From contig JBHGNT010000015.1 in the NCBI GenBank assembly GCA_043228905.1, positions 14,818,001 through 14,882,000 of the forward strand: DNA of 64,000 nucleotides, read 5' to 3'. A program made the position numbers and the translations under genes. Positions 24,662-36,526 of this stretch are shown piece by piece. Positions within the stretch are counted from its first letter, which is position 1. Each line of letters begins with the position of its first letter. The stretch is from Azolla caroliniana (lineage: Eukaryota; Plantae; Polypodiophyta). The notes under the pieces were generated by a model that was not told the DNA's origin, searched no databases, and was given only the letters and a program-made list of their open reading frames with translations.

Positions 24662-25960
24662 AATTTGTTACGTGGCCAAGAATTCTGTGATTTTGAAAGA
24701 GGTGTTGAATTGGAACAGAGCTACGAATTCGTGGGTCACAACTGGCCTCTCCAGGTAGCCATTATGACATTATCTAGCATGAGGATGCCTTTGCCTCTCT
24801 CTGTATTTCTGATCAAGGTCAATTGGGACCATAGAATTTCCTCAAGCACCTGCATGGGCTCCGTTTTGACGGTTACTATGGGGCTAGGTTGTGGAGTCGC
24901 GTCTTTTACCAAACCTCAACCGTCTTTTCGATCGAGTTACCAATGTTTGGGCTTGGGGTTGCTTGTTTGCTCGTCAGTGTCCTCCTCGGGAGGGGTCAAC
25001 TGCCCATTTTGGGGAACGACGAGTTCCGGGGCCCAAGTGATATCTTCCTCCTCCCACTCTGTCGTGGTGAGGTCCTCAAGCCTCCGCTTCTGTTGGCGCG
25101 GAGCTGGTGAAGGACGAGTCGAGCCCGGAGCTGAGAGAGCTTGTGGAGGGACAAATATCGTGAAATACTGTTGGATTATTGAGTAGAGCTTTTTACTTGC
25201 CTGGAAGGCGTGGAGTCCTTCGTGTAGGGACGACCCTATGATCACCTCCCAGTCAACGATGTTCCCTTCAAAAGTTGAAATGATGATGTCAGCCTTTTGC
25301 TTCGGCATCCCATACCATTAGGGTGTACGCACCCCACCTCTAACAGGAACTTCGCAATTTCGTGGAAGAACGGGTCAAGGCGTCTCTTGTCCTATAAGCT
25401 TTCGCTGAGAGGGAATATTCGCCAAAGTAACGTTCGAGGACCTCTGCGGGAGGGATCTCGAAGTGCCGTTCTCTTGACAATGTCAGGCCCAGCTTCTTCC
25501 TGATCGTGGCGTTGGTGATCGTATCAATGTTGAACTTGGCCGCCATGTCATGGGAGTTGGGGTGGGGCGGTGCCTCCGCCACTCGTATGTAACCTACAAG
25601 GCAGTGGTCATGAAGCCACTGTCAAAGAGCAGGGGAAATGTCAATCGGCATGGCGATGTCGGCATCTACTGGTGTAGAGAGGTTGTCTATGCGCTCAGAA
25701 GAGTGAGGGGAGCGGCCTGAGGGAAGGGAGCGAGGAGGGTTTGAGAGTCTTGAGAGCGAGGAGAGCGACAAGATCTTAGAGGGCGATAAGAGTTTCTGTT
25801 ATGTCCAGAGAAATGGCTTGAATCCCCTTTTTGTGAGGTTGGGGTGTTAGGGTTCAAGATTCATCAAGCCATGTTGTGCACACGTGTACTTTCTTTCTTG
25901 GGATATGCATCTGCAAGCAAGATCTTTAAATAGTTCTAAATGCCTTTTTTTTATTTTTCA
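24662..25960 (-). mobile_element. Older related gypsy remnant: degenerate ORF3 (ATG about 25651) plus upstream spacer
   Basis: Peptides QWLHDH, AEAPPH, YFGEYSLSAKAYRT, FEGNIVDW and IFVPP align by eye to ORF3 at 17341-17997. Contains frameshifts and stops. Confidence 0.75.
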
Positions 25961-26099
25961 TTCCACACCTAACAGTAACGGTTGTTACTATGATACATTA
26001 ATGGTACATGATTACAAAGTGGGGTCGCTTTAATGAGGTATGGGTCCACCCCCCGAAATTGATGTGGTAGGGAGTAGGCTAGCATTCTCATCTGCTAAT

Positions 26100-27218
26100 T
26101 TTTTGGCATTTCGGAAAGGGTTCAGTGGTGTGTATTACCACCGTAAAGACGGGCGGCGGTGTTCTCGACTCGGCGCGTACAGTCAACTATAGAGGCGTCG
26201 ACCTCCCCCATTCTCACCTTCCCCCCTTGCTCTCCAGCCCTCCTCTGTATACTGAGCCCCTCAAAGCCTCTCATCCCTCCTCCTTTGCCCCTCAATTTTC
26301 TTTCCCTCCTCCTACAATAGGGCAGCATAACCCATCCCCCTTTCCTTATTCATGGCCACTACACCCACACCCCTTTCACTCTCAAAACCCTCCCACATTT
26401 TCTGCAAATTCCTTGTATACCCCTCCGTTACTTTCTAATATTCCCCAACATAACCCCCTTCCCCCTTTTTGTAATGACCCCCATCCATATTTTCCCCCCA
26501 ACACTTTGTATAATTCTAGTCTTACCCCTCCCCCTATTTCTAACACAGCCCCCTCCCCCCCTAACATCTTTACACACTCCCTCTCCTTTCTTAATAATTC
26601 CACACATGCACCCCCCCCTTTTTCTCACATAATTTGAAAAATAACCCCTCCCTATTTACATATAATACCCCTCCCCTTTTTCCTAATTCTAACTCGTTTG
26701 CCCCTACCACACACCCATATAATAAATCAAACCCCCATAGCTCTTACAAACCCCCCCCTCACCCCCAAACTAAAACTTGGTCATATACATGTACACCAAA
26801 AAACGGGTAGTGAGGCGTGCTAAACGAATTAGTAAACGTTTTAAGCACGCCTTGCACCCTTGTAAGCGTCTCTTTTACATACTAGATAGGCCCCCCTTAA
26901 CTTGTGATACCTACATGTGGCTAGGTAGAACAAACTCTCGTTTCCCCTTCTCCCCTTACACTAAATCACACACTAAAAAGTCAAATACTAAAAAACCACG
27001 AACCAAATTTTGGACTCCCCTCCTTAGGAAACCTGTAATTAGTAGTAGGATACACAATCACTCTGATTATACCCTCTCCAAACATGAGACACAACTCCTC
27101 AACCTAGGTTTGAAACACATCCTCCCATCTTCCCCACCTCCACCTCTTATCCTACTTAAATAATTTGATAGCCTTAGTAGGACCCTCCGACTTAAACACT
27201 TTTTCAAAGATGAGGATA
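26100..27218 (+). mobile_element. Penelope-like retroelement, 5' fragment
   Basis: Frame from 26777 reads IHNHSDYTLSKHETQLLNLGLKHILP...LLK*FDSLSRTLRLKHFF. This matches the N-terminal PLE signature (NLS..L...E..LL..GL.F and R.LRLK.FF). The strand is very G-poor. RT is lost at the junction with the copia. The 5' boundary is uncertain. Confidence 0.65.
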
Positions 27219-30200
27219 ACACTGAAGGTGCTCCTCGGTAGGTCGCGCCATGAACTGACTGATCACTCCGACCGGATAACTGAGGTCGGGTCGGGTGATG
27301 GTCAAGTATATGAGGCTTCCGACAATTTGTCGGAACCTCGTCGGGTCGCATACCTTTCCCGTATCGGGATGAAGCTTGATGGTTCTGTCCAGAGGAGTCG
27401 AGACGGACTTACAGTCGGCCATCCCGAGTTTGAAGAGCATACCCAGCACGTAATGACGTTGGCTGATCAATATGCCTTCGGGGGTATGGATCACTTCGAT
27501 CCCGAGGAAGTAATGAAGGTCCCCTAGATCCTTCATGTCAAACAATGCCGCAAGCTGGAGCTTCACGCGGTCGATTTCACCTAGGTCGGCGCCGGTGATG
27601 ACCAAGTCATCGACATATAGTAGAATACTAACCGATCCGAGTCGACCTTTCCGGATGAACAGGGAAGAGTCCGATTTTGACGTGACGAAGCCCATCCGAC
27701 GCAGTTGTTGCGTGATCTTTGCGTTCCAGGCACGTGGGGCTTGCTTCAGTCCGTAAAGGGACTTCTTCAGCCGGCATACTGCCGAGGAGTTCGTTCCGGA
27801 GTGAAAACCGGGGGGCTGTACCATGTACACCTGTTCCTCAAGGTCACCTTGCAGGAACACATTCTTGACATCCATCTGATGTAAGTGCCACCCCTTCACC
27901 GCAGCTACTGCAAGCAAAACACGGACGGTCGTCATCTTCGCGACCGGCGCAAACGTCTCATCGTAGTCGATGCCATGTTTCTGCGCGTAGCCTTTGCCAC
28001 TAGTCGAGCCTTGTACCGGTTGACCGAGCCATCGGTGTTGTACTTGACCTTGTACACCCACCTACACCCGATCGGTTTTACCCCTCTTGGTGCGTCAACC
28101 AGGTCCCAGGTCTCGTTCTCCGCCAATGCATGCATCTCTTCCTCCATCGCGGCACGCCAATTCGCGTCTTTAGCCGCTTCTGCGTAGCACTCCAGCTCAC
28201 GCACTTCCGCTACACGGGTCATGTACGCATAATGATGCGCCATGTACTCGTTGTATCCGAACCGCAAAACAAGATTCTTCTGGCGGGTAGATCGGCGTAA
28301 TCTCACATTAGCCGATGTCGAGGCCTTCTCGGTCGACGCGGTCTTTATCTTTAAAGACCCGTCACCGGTTCCCTCGGAGTCGGACTCACATCGGTCTGAC
28401 TCGTTCCTTTCCGTGCCGGAATCCAACACCTTCTTCTTCCCTTTCTCTTTGCGCGTAAGCCGTCTCCTCGGCTTCCTGCGCGGGGAATGCACGGCCGAGT
28501 CTCCACTACTCGCCGGCTCTTCATCGGATTGGTCGTACCGACTCAGTCGTCCAATCGGTCCACTTAACCGGAGTGAAATCAGACTCTCTTCGCAGGTCTC
28601 GATTTCGGGCTCATCCGGAGGCATCTCGGCCTCGCTGACCTCATCGTCAGAGCTCGTATTGGAGTCGGGGTTCCGAGTCGGGGGCAGGTACCAGGACGCA
28701 GATTTGTCAAACACAACGTCGTGGCTGACACGCGCTTGTTTGGTGCGAGGGTTATAGCACTTATAACCCTTCTGCTCGTCCGAGTAACCGACCAAGATGC
28801 ATTTCTCGGCCTTTGCGTCCAGCTTCCTCCTTTTCTCCTTCGGTACATGCACATACGCAATGCTACCAAACACCCTCAAGTGTCGCAAGTTCGGCTTCGT
28901 TCCGAAATATAGTTCGTGCGCCGACACTTTGTCTCCAATCCGGTTCTGGATGTATACCGCGGTCCTTACCGCCTCGGCCCAATAGAACTTGGGCAAGCTC
29001 TTCTCCTCCAGCATTGCCCGTGCCGCTTCCACAACTGACCGATTCTTTCTCTCGGCCACGCCATTCTGCTCTGGCGTGTATCTACAACTGAATTCGCGCC
29101 GAATTCCCATTTGTTGTAGATAACCGTTGAATTGACCGGAAAAGTACTCTTTCCCGCCATCCGACCGCAGGCACTTGATCTTTCGTCCCGTTTCGGCTTC
29201 CACGAACCCTTTGAGGTCCCGGAAACAGTCGAAGACTTCGCTCTTCCTCTCAATGAGGTAGATCCACGTGTGCCGTGTGTGGTCGTCGATTAAGGAGACG
29301 AAATATCGGTTCCCGCCAAGACTAACGTTTTGTGTCGGCCCCCATACATCGGAGTGTATAAGGTCGAGCTTGTTCCGGCTCCGATTTCACTCATTGGGGA
29401 AAGGGAGTCGGTGTTGCTTCCCAAGCTGGCAAGCTTCACAAATTTGTGCCTTTCGGCCACTAAATTTAGGCAATCCAAACACTACCTGTTTCGATTGCAG
29501 ATCTTGAAGCCGTTGGTGGTTGATGTGGCCTATCCGCTTGTGCCACAAGTCGATGTCCGACTCGGATTTTTGTCCCTTCGTGAACATTGCGGTGCCGCCG
29601 TCAGTGGAGTCGAGGATGAACATCCTCCCGTCTCTGCGCCCTTGCGCAATCACACGGCCTTCTTCCTCAATGAAGCACCCGAGATGTGTAAACCGAACCT
29701 CCATCCCTTGGTCGACGATCTGTCCGACCGAGACCAAGTTTTTCGTGATTGTCGGAACGTGCAGCACGTTCATGAGTTTCCCTTTCTGCCCGACATGGCT
29801 AAGGGGAACTTCTCCGACATTCGCGATCGGATGCGGAGTGTCGTCTCCTGTTGCGACTACTCCAAGTTGTATCGGTTTTTCAAGGTACGAGAACCACTCC
29901 TTATGGCTCGTCATGTGGTTTGACGCGCCGGAGTCTACATACCACACCTCGTCCGATCTCGGGGTGGTCTATTTCATTGAGTTTGCTTCGTGTCTCGTCA
30001 CGAAGGCAGTCCCTTCTCCGGCTCTCCCGGAGTCTTCGGGGTAGTGCGATCGCTGCCGATTTCCCTTGTCGGTATGTCTGGAGCCGTTCCCGGAACCAGT
30101 TCTCTCCGAATCGGCGCGCTTCTTCCAGCACTCACTTTCCCTGTGGCCTTTCTTGCCACAGTACCAGCACTCCGCGATGGACTTCCCTTGCCGGTTCTCA

Positions 30201-31421
30201 TCGCTTCGACTCCCCCTGTTTCCGAAGGGTCCAGAGTTGTTGTCGGCATCACTTCGGTGCCTTCTTCCTTGATCTCGTCGGCCGCCTCGATTGCGCGCCG
30301 ACTCGCCTCGTCCTCCACGTCCACGAGGCCTATCTCCCTCCGTGTACAGCATTCTGTTGTTGGTGTGCGTGCTTGTAGACGCACCCGCATGGTTCTCCTC
30401 TACCAGGAGCATCGACTGTAAGTCGAAAAAGGACGGCGTATTCTCCCGGGTACACACAGCCGTTCGGAACGCTCCAAACTTCGACGCCAAACCTCCGAAA
30501 CAGATCTGGACCATCTCGCTCTCCTCGATGTTCACCTCTATGGAGGCGAGGGAGTCGCAGATATCCTTGATCTTCGAGGTATAGTCCGCCACCGACAAGT
30601 CGCGTTGTCGTAGGTTGCTCAACTCCTGTCGGAGCTGAAGCTTCTTGGCTGTGGTGCTCGCGGCGAAAATCTTCTTCAGATTTTCCCACGCACCCTTCGA
30701 CGTCTTTGCATCCCGAACATAGCTCAATAGTTGTTCGCCCACACACGACGCGAAGTAGTTTAATACCCTGCTCGCCGATTGCTCCCACAACGGAAAGTCT
30801 CTGTGTGTCGATTCGGGTGCCGCGTCATTAGCTCCTTCGACATAACTCCAGTAGTCGTGCCCGAGCAGGTACTGGTGCATCTTGTAGGACCAAGACGCGT
30901 AGTTGGTTCTGTCGAGCTTCTCTGTTGGAAGCGAGCTCGCCATGCCTCTATCCATCGTTCTTCTTGTTCTTCTTCGTCAAGCTGTGTCGGCTGCAGAGAG
31001 GTTCTCAACCCTCGCGCTCTGATACCATGTAGAAAGTAACGTGCGGAAGCAAGTATGAAGACCGAACAGAAGGAAGGAAACTCAGGTTCAATGGAGAGCT
31101 TGAGCTTACGCAGTATACTCGGGAGAGACAGAGAGAGTGAGAGAGAAGACTCAAAAACTATATTTAATAATAATACTCAGTCTGTACATAAGACGTGTTC
31201 AGTGAACACTTTTATACAAGTCCTAGAAGGACTGACCGAAGTACTGACAGTACTTCAATGCTCATCAAGAGCTCCTACACTAACTCCCAAATATATTCCT
31301 CACGGAATATCTTTCCTAACGACCTCCTGGTTTACGCACTCGGCCTAACCGATCGGTCCCAACCGATCCGGTCCTCAGCTTCTTCAGCCGATCCGGCCGA
31401 TGTTGAGCTTGTCTCTCAACA
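27219..31421 (-). mobile_element. Young Ty1/copia, 3'-truncated, nested in the RT of another copia
   Basis: 5' LTR 31028-31421 (TGTTGAG...CTACA), PBS at 31016-31027. Gag 30955-29969 with CWYCGKKGHRESEC, protease WYVDSGASNH, integrase RSDGGKEY, RT LLYVDDL. Only two in-frame stops (29969, 29387) and one frameshift (about 27995) were seen. Confidence 0.95.
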
Positions 31422-33469
31422 GTGGTTAAGTGCCATGCAAGAGGAGATGGATTCCTTGCATGAGAACCACACATACAATTTGACCGAGTTGCCGAAAGGA
31501 AAGAAGGCACTACGGAATCAGTGGGTATACAAACTGAAGCCGGAAGAAAGCTGGAATCCACCCAAATATAAAGCCCAAATCGTGGTGAAAGGCTTTCAAA
31601 AGAAGAAGGGTGTCTATTTTGATGAAATATTTGCCCCGATCGTGAAGATGACGTCGATTCAAACATTGTTGAGCATAGTGGCCAACATGAACCTCGAAGT
31701 CAAGCAACTAGACATCAAGACTGCCTTCCTGCATGGAGATTTGGAGGAAGAGATTTATATGCGGCAACCGAAAGGATTCGTGGAGAAAGGTAAAGAAAAC
31801 CTGGTATGCCGATTGAGAAAGAGCCTATATTGGTTGAAGCAGGCACCTCGGCAATGGTACCAAAAATTTGAATCCTTCATGGTGGATTACGGTTGCAACA
31901 AGACCCAAGCCGATCATTGTGTCTTTGTTAAGAAATATGATGGAGGAGACTTTCTCATCCTCTTGTTGTATGTTGATGACATGCTAATTGTCAGACATGA
32001 TCCGAAGAAAATCGGAAGCGTGAAGAAGGCCATGAGCAAGTCGTTTGCGATGAAGGATATGGGTCCGGCAAAGCAGATTATGGGTATGCACATTGTTCGA
32101 GATCGAACAAAGAAGCTATTATGGTTGTCACAGGAGAAATGCGTGACAAAGGTACTCCAGAGGTTCAACATGCAAAATTCGAAACCGGTCGGCTCGAAAC
32201 TGCCGACAAACTATAAGTTGAGCGGAAGTCAATGTTCGAAATCGAAAACCGAGAAGGTTGAGATGAGCAAGGTCCCATACGCCTCAGTAGTCGGAAGCCT
32301 AATGTATGCAATGGTTTGCAAAGGCCAGACATTGCGTATGCAGTCGAAGTGGTTAGCCGATAGATGAGCAATCTTGAAAGAGAGCATTGGGCAGTAGGCA
32401 AATGGATACTTTGGTACCTGAAAGGCACCTCGAGGGTGTGCCTCTGGTTCGGCTCAGGTAACCCCATATTGGAAGGTTATACCAATTCGAACATGTCAGT
32501 TGATATGGATACCAGCTGCTCCACATCCGGATACGTGATGACTTATGCAGGGGGAGCTTTTTCATGGTTGTCGAGGCTGTAGAAGGTCGTGGCGTTGTCA
32601 ACCATGGAAGTTGAGTATATGGTCGTTGCAGAAGCCAACAAGGAGATAATTTGGATGAGGGAGTTCATCGGAGAGTTGGGGATTCGGCAAGAGGAATTCT
32701 TACTCCACTGTGATAACCATAGTGTCATCCACCTTGCGAAGAATGCCACCTACCACTCGAGAACCAAGCACATCCAAAAGAGATACCATTGGCTCCAAGA
32801 GTGAGTAGAAGGAAATGAGTTTGCTCTAGTAAAGATCCACACAAATGACAACGGGTCAGACATGCTGACAAAGGTGTTGTCGACAAAGAGGCTGAATGCG
32901 TGCCAACAAAGAGTCGGATTGGAGAAGTACCAGAGTGAAGGGGGAGTTTGTTGGGAAAACGAGTCCCTCTAGATGGGCAATTCAGTCAGGGCCGAAATCG
33001 AAAATCGATTATACAACTAATTCGGGAGACTATATTTGTAAATAGTCTAAATGTGGGCAATATTTGTAAATATCGAGAAAGTTGTATAAGTATAAATACA
33101 ACTAGGGAAACTTTATGTACATAGAATCATTAGTGTAGTTGAAGATCATTGCCTCTATAACTTCGAGTAAGTGAGTGAGTGAGAGTTAGCAAGTGAGTGT
33201 AACTTTGTAGCCGTCTGTTAGACGAAGATGAGCTCAAGGTTATTACCTCTAAGTCTCCTTGTACTCCTCTCCGTACATTTAGTGATTCGTTTCTTGGGGT
33301 TTGTGGACTCCATGTGGTTTTTCCCACTCAAGTTTTCCACGATAAATCTTGTGCCTCTGTACTTGTGTTTTTCTGCCTTCTCATTTTCTGTCTGACCACT
33401 ATCGTTCTCGTTCTTTGCACCCGCATACAAAACTATGGAAACCGGTTGTGGCCGGTCACGATCCTAACA
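31422..33469 (+). mobile_element. Copia 3' half (RT-RNase H, PPT, 3' LTR 32949-33469), family of 4396-9437
   Basis: WLSAMQEEM, LLYVDDML and LHCDNHS. PPT GAAGGGGGAG. LTR TGTTGGGAAA...CCTAACA similar to 4396-4918. Confidence 0.92.
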
Positions 33470-33979
33470 CAATGTTATGATAAGTGAAATTGTTTCCTCA
33501 AAAGGAATAAGTTGATATTTAACTATGGAAGTAGATCTCTTAAATTTCCAATTGCTAGTTCAATTATTATTGATTTTTGTTTTTTCATCGTGTTCAGCTC
33601 TTGATATTGAGGTTATATATTCATTATCAAATCATACCAGAGAGTAGTGATTGTCTCCTTTGGTCGACTTTCTTCTCCCAAGAGACATACTTTGCATTTG
33701 CATTTTGAGATGTTGCATAGCGTGATAAAGGCTATGGTGGGCCAGATGTCACGCAACCTATTCTAACACCAAATCTGCATTTCCTTGGCTAGTTGTACAA
33801 TGCATTTATTTCTATGCACACAAAACGCCTTCAATCTACCCAGGTCTCATGATACCCCAGCTTTCTTCTCCAATCTCCACTATGGTGCAAATCCCAAATA
33901 TATGGAGCCTTCTAGCCTACTCTTCATTAGTATTCTCATCACTTTCCCAAACTTCCTACGCATTGAGAGCATTCCCATA

Positions 33980-34200
33980 AGCAATGTTTTCAAGACTCGA
34001 GATATCTTAATAAACCTATCAATGACAATCCAAATGGCATCATGGCCTTTTTGAGTGTGCAAGGAATGTTAACAATAAAATCAATGGATATACTTTCCCA
34101 TTTGTTATAGGAAATGTTCAAGGGTTGTAAAATTCTTGAGTCTTTAAAATTTCAACTTGGTTAAAGAAACATTGGTAACATGTGTTGAAGCACAATTCCA
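33980..34200 (-). mobile_element. Gypsy integrase relic
   Basis: Minus strand encodes KWESISIDFI and HTQKGHDAIWIVIDRF, resembling 53560-53720. Confidence 0.65.
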
Positions 34201-34330
34201 ATATTGTGGTTGATACAATGAGAGTTACAACTCATGTGTTCTAAGGAAGTAGATCTATATGCATAAAACTTAGTGGGTAGTGAGAGCTAACCCTAGAATA
34301 CACTCTTTGGTTCATATAAATATAATACGT

Positions 34331-35325
34331 TGTCGTGGTTTTCCGCGGGCACGTGTAGGATCTTAGGCGGGACCACGGGGGTCTTGGACTAGGGAGACGG
34401 ATGGTGGAGTCCTTAAGCTTTGTGGGCTTTGGCCCGGAATCGGCTTCTGGCTCCAACGAATGTAGGGTTTCACAAAAACGGTTCACCGCGAATATGGACC
34501 CAACTCAAATATGTTACAAGGAAGATAGATATACGCTAACATGAATATATATTACAAGAGCTTTACAACAAGACGGTTACATGCCCCGAATTCGGTGGCT
34601 ATTACATATCAATAGGCTAATACAACAAGTTAAGAATGGGAACCGGCGAAGGCGAGTCAAGTGGGCCACCGGGACCGCGACGTCCACCGTTGGTCACGCC
34701 CCGAAGACGGTGGAGTGTCCCCATGCCACTTCGCCCTCCCTTCTTGAACCGCCCGCCACACAAAACGCTCTCCATCGAGGAGAGGAAGCCGAATCACCAA
34801 GTGCTGCCACTAGAATGCCTAAAGCCGTCGTTGTAGGAACCCCCAAACCAAACCAAACTCTCACACGAAGAAGAGAGAGTAACACCCAAAACCCAAAACC
34901 GCATAAACCCTAACTCGCACGAACTCTCACAAGAAGAAGAACCTAAACGGAATACTAACATCCACTCAGAAGAATGAACCAAACCCACGAGACAATGAAG
35001 AAGACTAAAATGAAACCCTAAAACAAAATAAGATGAAAAAACAGAAGTACAAACCCTAAGGGAATAAGAATAAGATGAAGACCAAGAAAACTACCAAACC
35101 CTAGACCTAAGTGGTATACCCTTCTAACTCAAAATGGGCAACCCCTTCACAAGAGACCCCTCCCTTCCTTTTATAGCCCAAGGAAGGAGGGACATTACAA
35201 TGTGGGATAAATACTCCCCCTTATTCTATACACCGTTTTCCTACTATATATGTGCACATGTTGCACACCACCGACTTGCCCATTCCACCCCTGGTTTCAC
35301 ACTATAGCCGGAAATCTTCACGACA
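34331..35325 (-). mobile_element. Solo LTR (995 bp) related to the 57818 gypsy lineage
   Basis: Termini TGTCGTG...CACGACA, flanked on both sides by ACGT. Minus-strand TATA (CTATAAAAGG) near 35170. Shares a CCTAGTCCAAGACC-C-GTGGT block with 58515-58536. Confidence 0.8.
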
Positions 35326-36378
35326 ACGTTGTTAGACCCGAATGTACCTCCATGTTTGTTAGAGGGGCTTGTTCGCACTTGTTCACAAACTAGCGCAACT
35401 AACCTCAAGTGAACATATTCATGAAACTCACAATGTTTGATTAGTAGTTGGATGTGAAATTTTCTTTCTTGCTATAGAAGAGCAAACAATGCTTTGACCT
35501 CGAATAAGAACCTTTGATCAAAGAATAAACTAGCTCAATAAAGATGATCACTCAAAACAACACCTCCTTGGGCCACCACAATTGTTTTAGCACCAACACT
35601 ATGAAGCGTTGTAAATATTGATGAGGCATTAAACAATAACACTTATGCGAAGGGAAAAATACATACATGTGTCTAATTTTGGCCAACATTAACATCAAGT
35701 GACAACATGTAAACACCTATCGAGCGTGCTAGCTAGGATACAATGGAACTCATTTAAAGGTTGGAGGAGACTATGAAGCGAGAAAAACCAAAACTGAAAA
35801 AAGGTTTCTATTATTTATATGTCATTCATGTTGAAATATAAAGAGTGAGGTTTTACTATACACTTTTCATATCCTCCTAAGCTTCTCTTTAGTGTCGTTC
35901 ATACAATTCGAGCCTTTGTCTTTAGAAGGCTCTTCTTAATATCATCTCATCAGTATATTTCACATGCTAATCATTCTAATAAGATATCACTCTTAATTCC
36001 TTCATTGCATTGGCAAATGGAGGCCGTATGCCAATTTGCAAGTGGAGAACACCCCCCATCGCAACAACTTCACCTGCTCATATAGATGTCGATACCTACA
36101 CCAGGTGGGTGGATGCAAGTGGTACCTACACGTACGAGGTGTGCAAAGGCATCACCTATAAAGTGTATATACATGTGGATTTAATTAACTGGAGATGCAT
36201 GGACTGTAACTGGTCTATGTTCGTATGTATAAACGAGTTGAACACCCACCCGAGACGTGTGTGGTGTTCAGGTAATTATAGTCCTTTACTCATTTACACA
36301 ATGATGTGCTTCTTCTTCTTCTTTGTACTCCATGTTTGAGTCAATTCAGAAGACAACCTCTCTCTCTTTCTTTCTCCA

Positions 36379-36411
<33 letters not shown>

Positions 36412-36526
36412 GAGGTGGTTTGTACAAGGGCATTTGGGAAATAACAAAAACTCAGGAGCAAAAACATATGTACGTCTACAGTGTTTCCTTCTTCTTCTTC
36501 TTCTTCTTCTTCAGATACATACAGTG

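Noticed and set aside
26025-26075. Possible decayed hammerhead ribozyme (TTAATGAG-stem-CCGAAA) just upstream of the Penelope-like fragment
   Set aside because: The core differs from CTGATGA at two positions and I could not build stems I and III or a valid cleavage triplet. Worth rechecking in younger copies.
29969-29971. TAG between copia gag and protease as programmed readthrough
   Set aside because: No CARYYA-type context, and a second in-frame stop and a frameshift occur downstream. A CAG>TAG mutation is simpler.
31195-32367. 390-aa ORF as a novel fusion protein
   Set aside because: Chance read-through from an antisense LTR into the interrupted copia RT.
36323-36526. N-terminal extension of the transporter ORF (poly-F, poly-L)
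   Set aside because: Translation of (CTT)n leader microsatellites from a non-ATG start.
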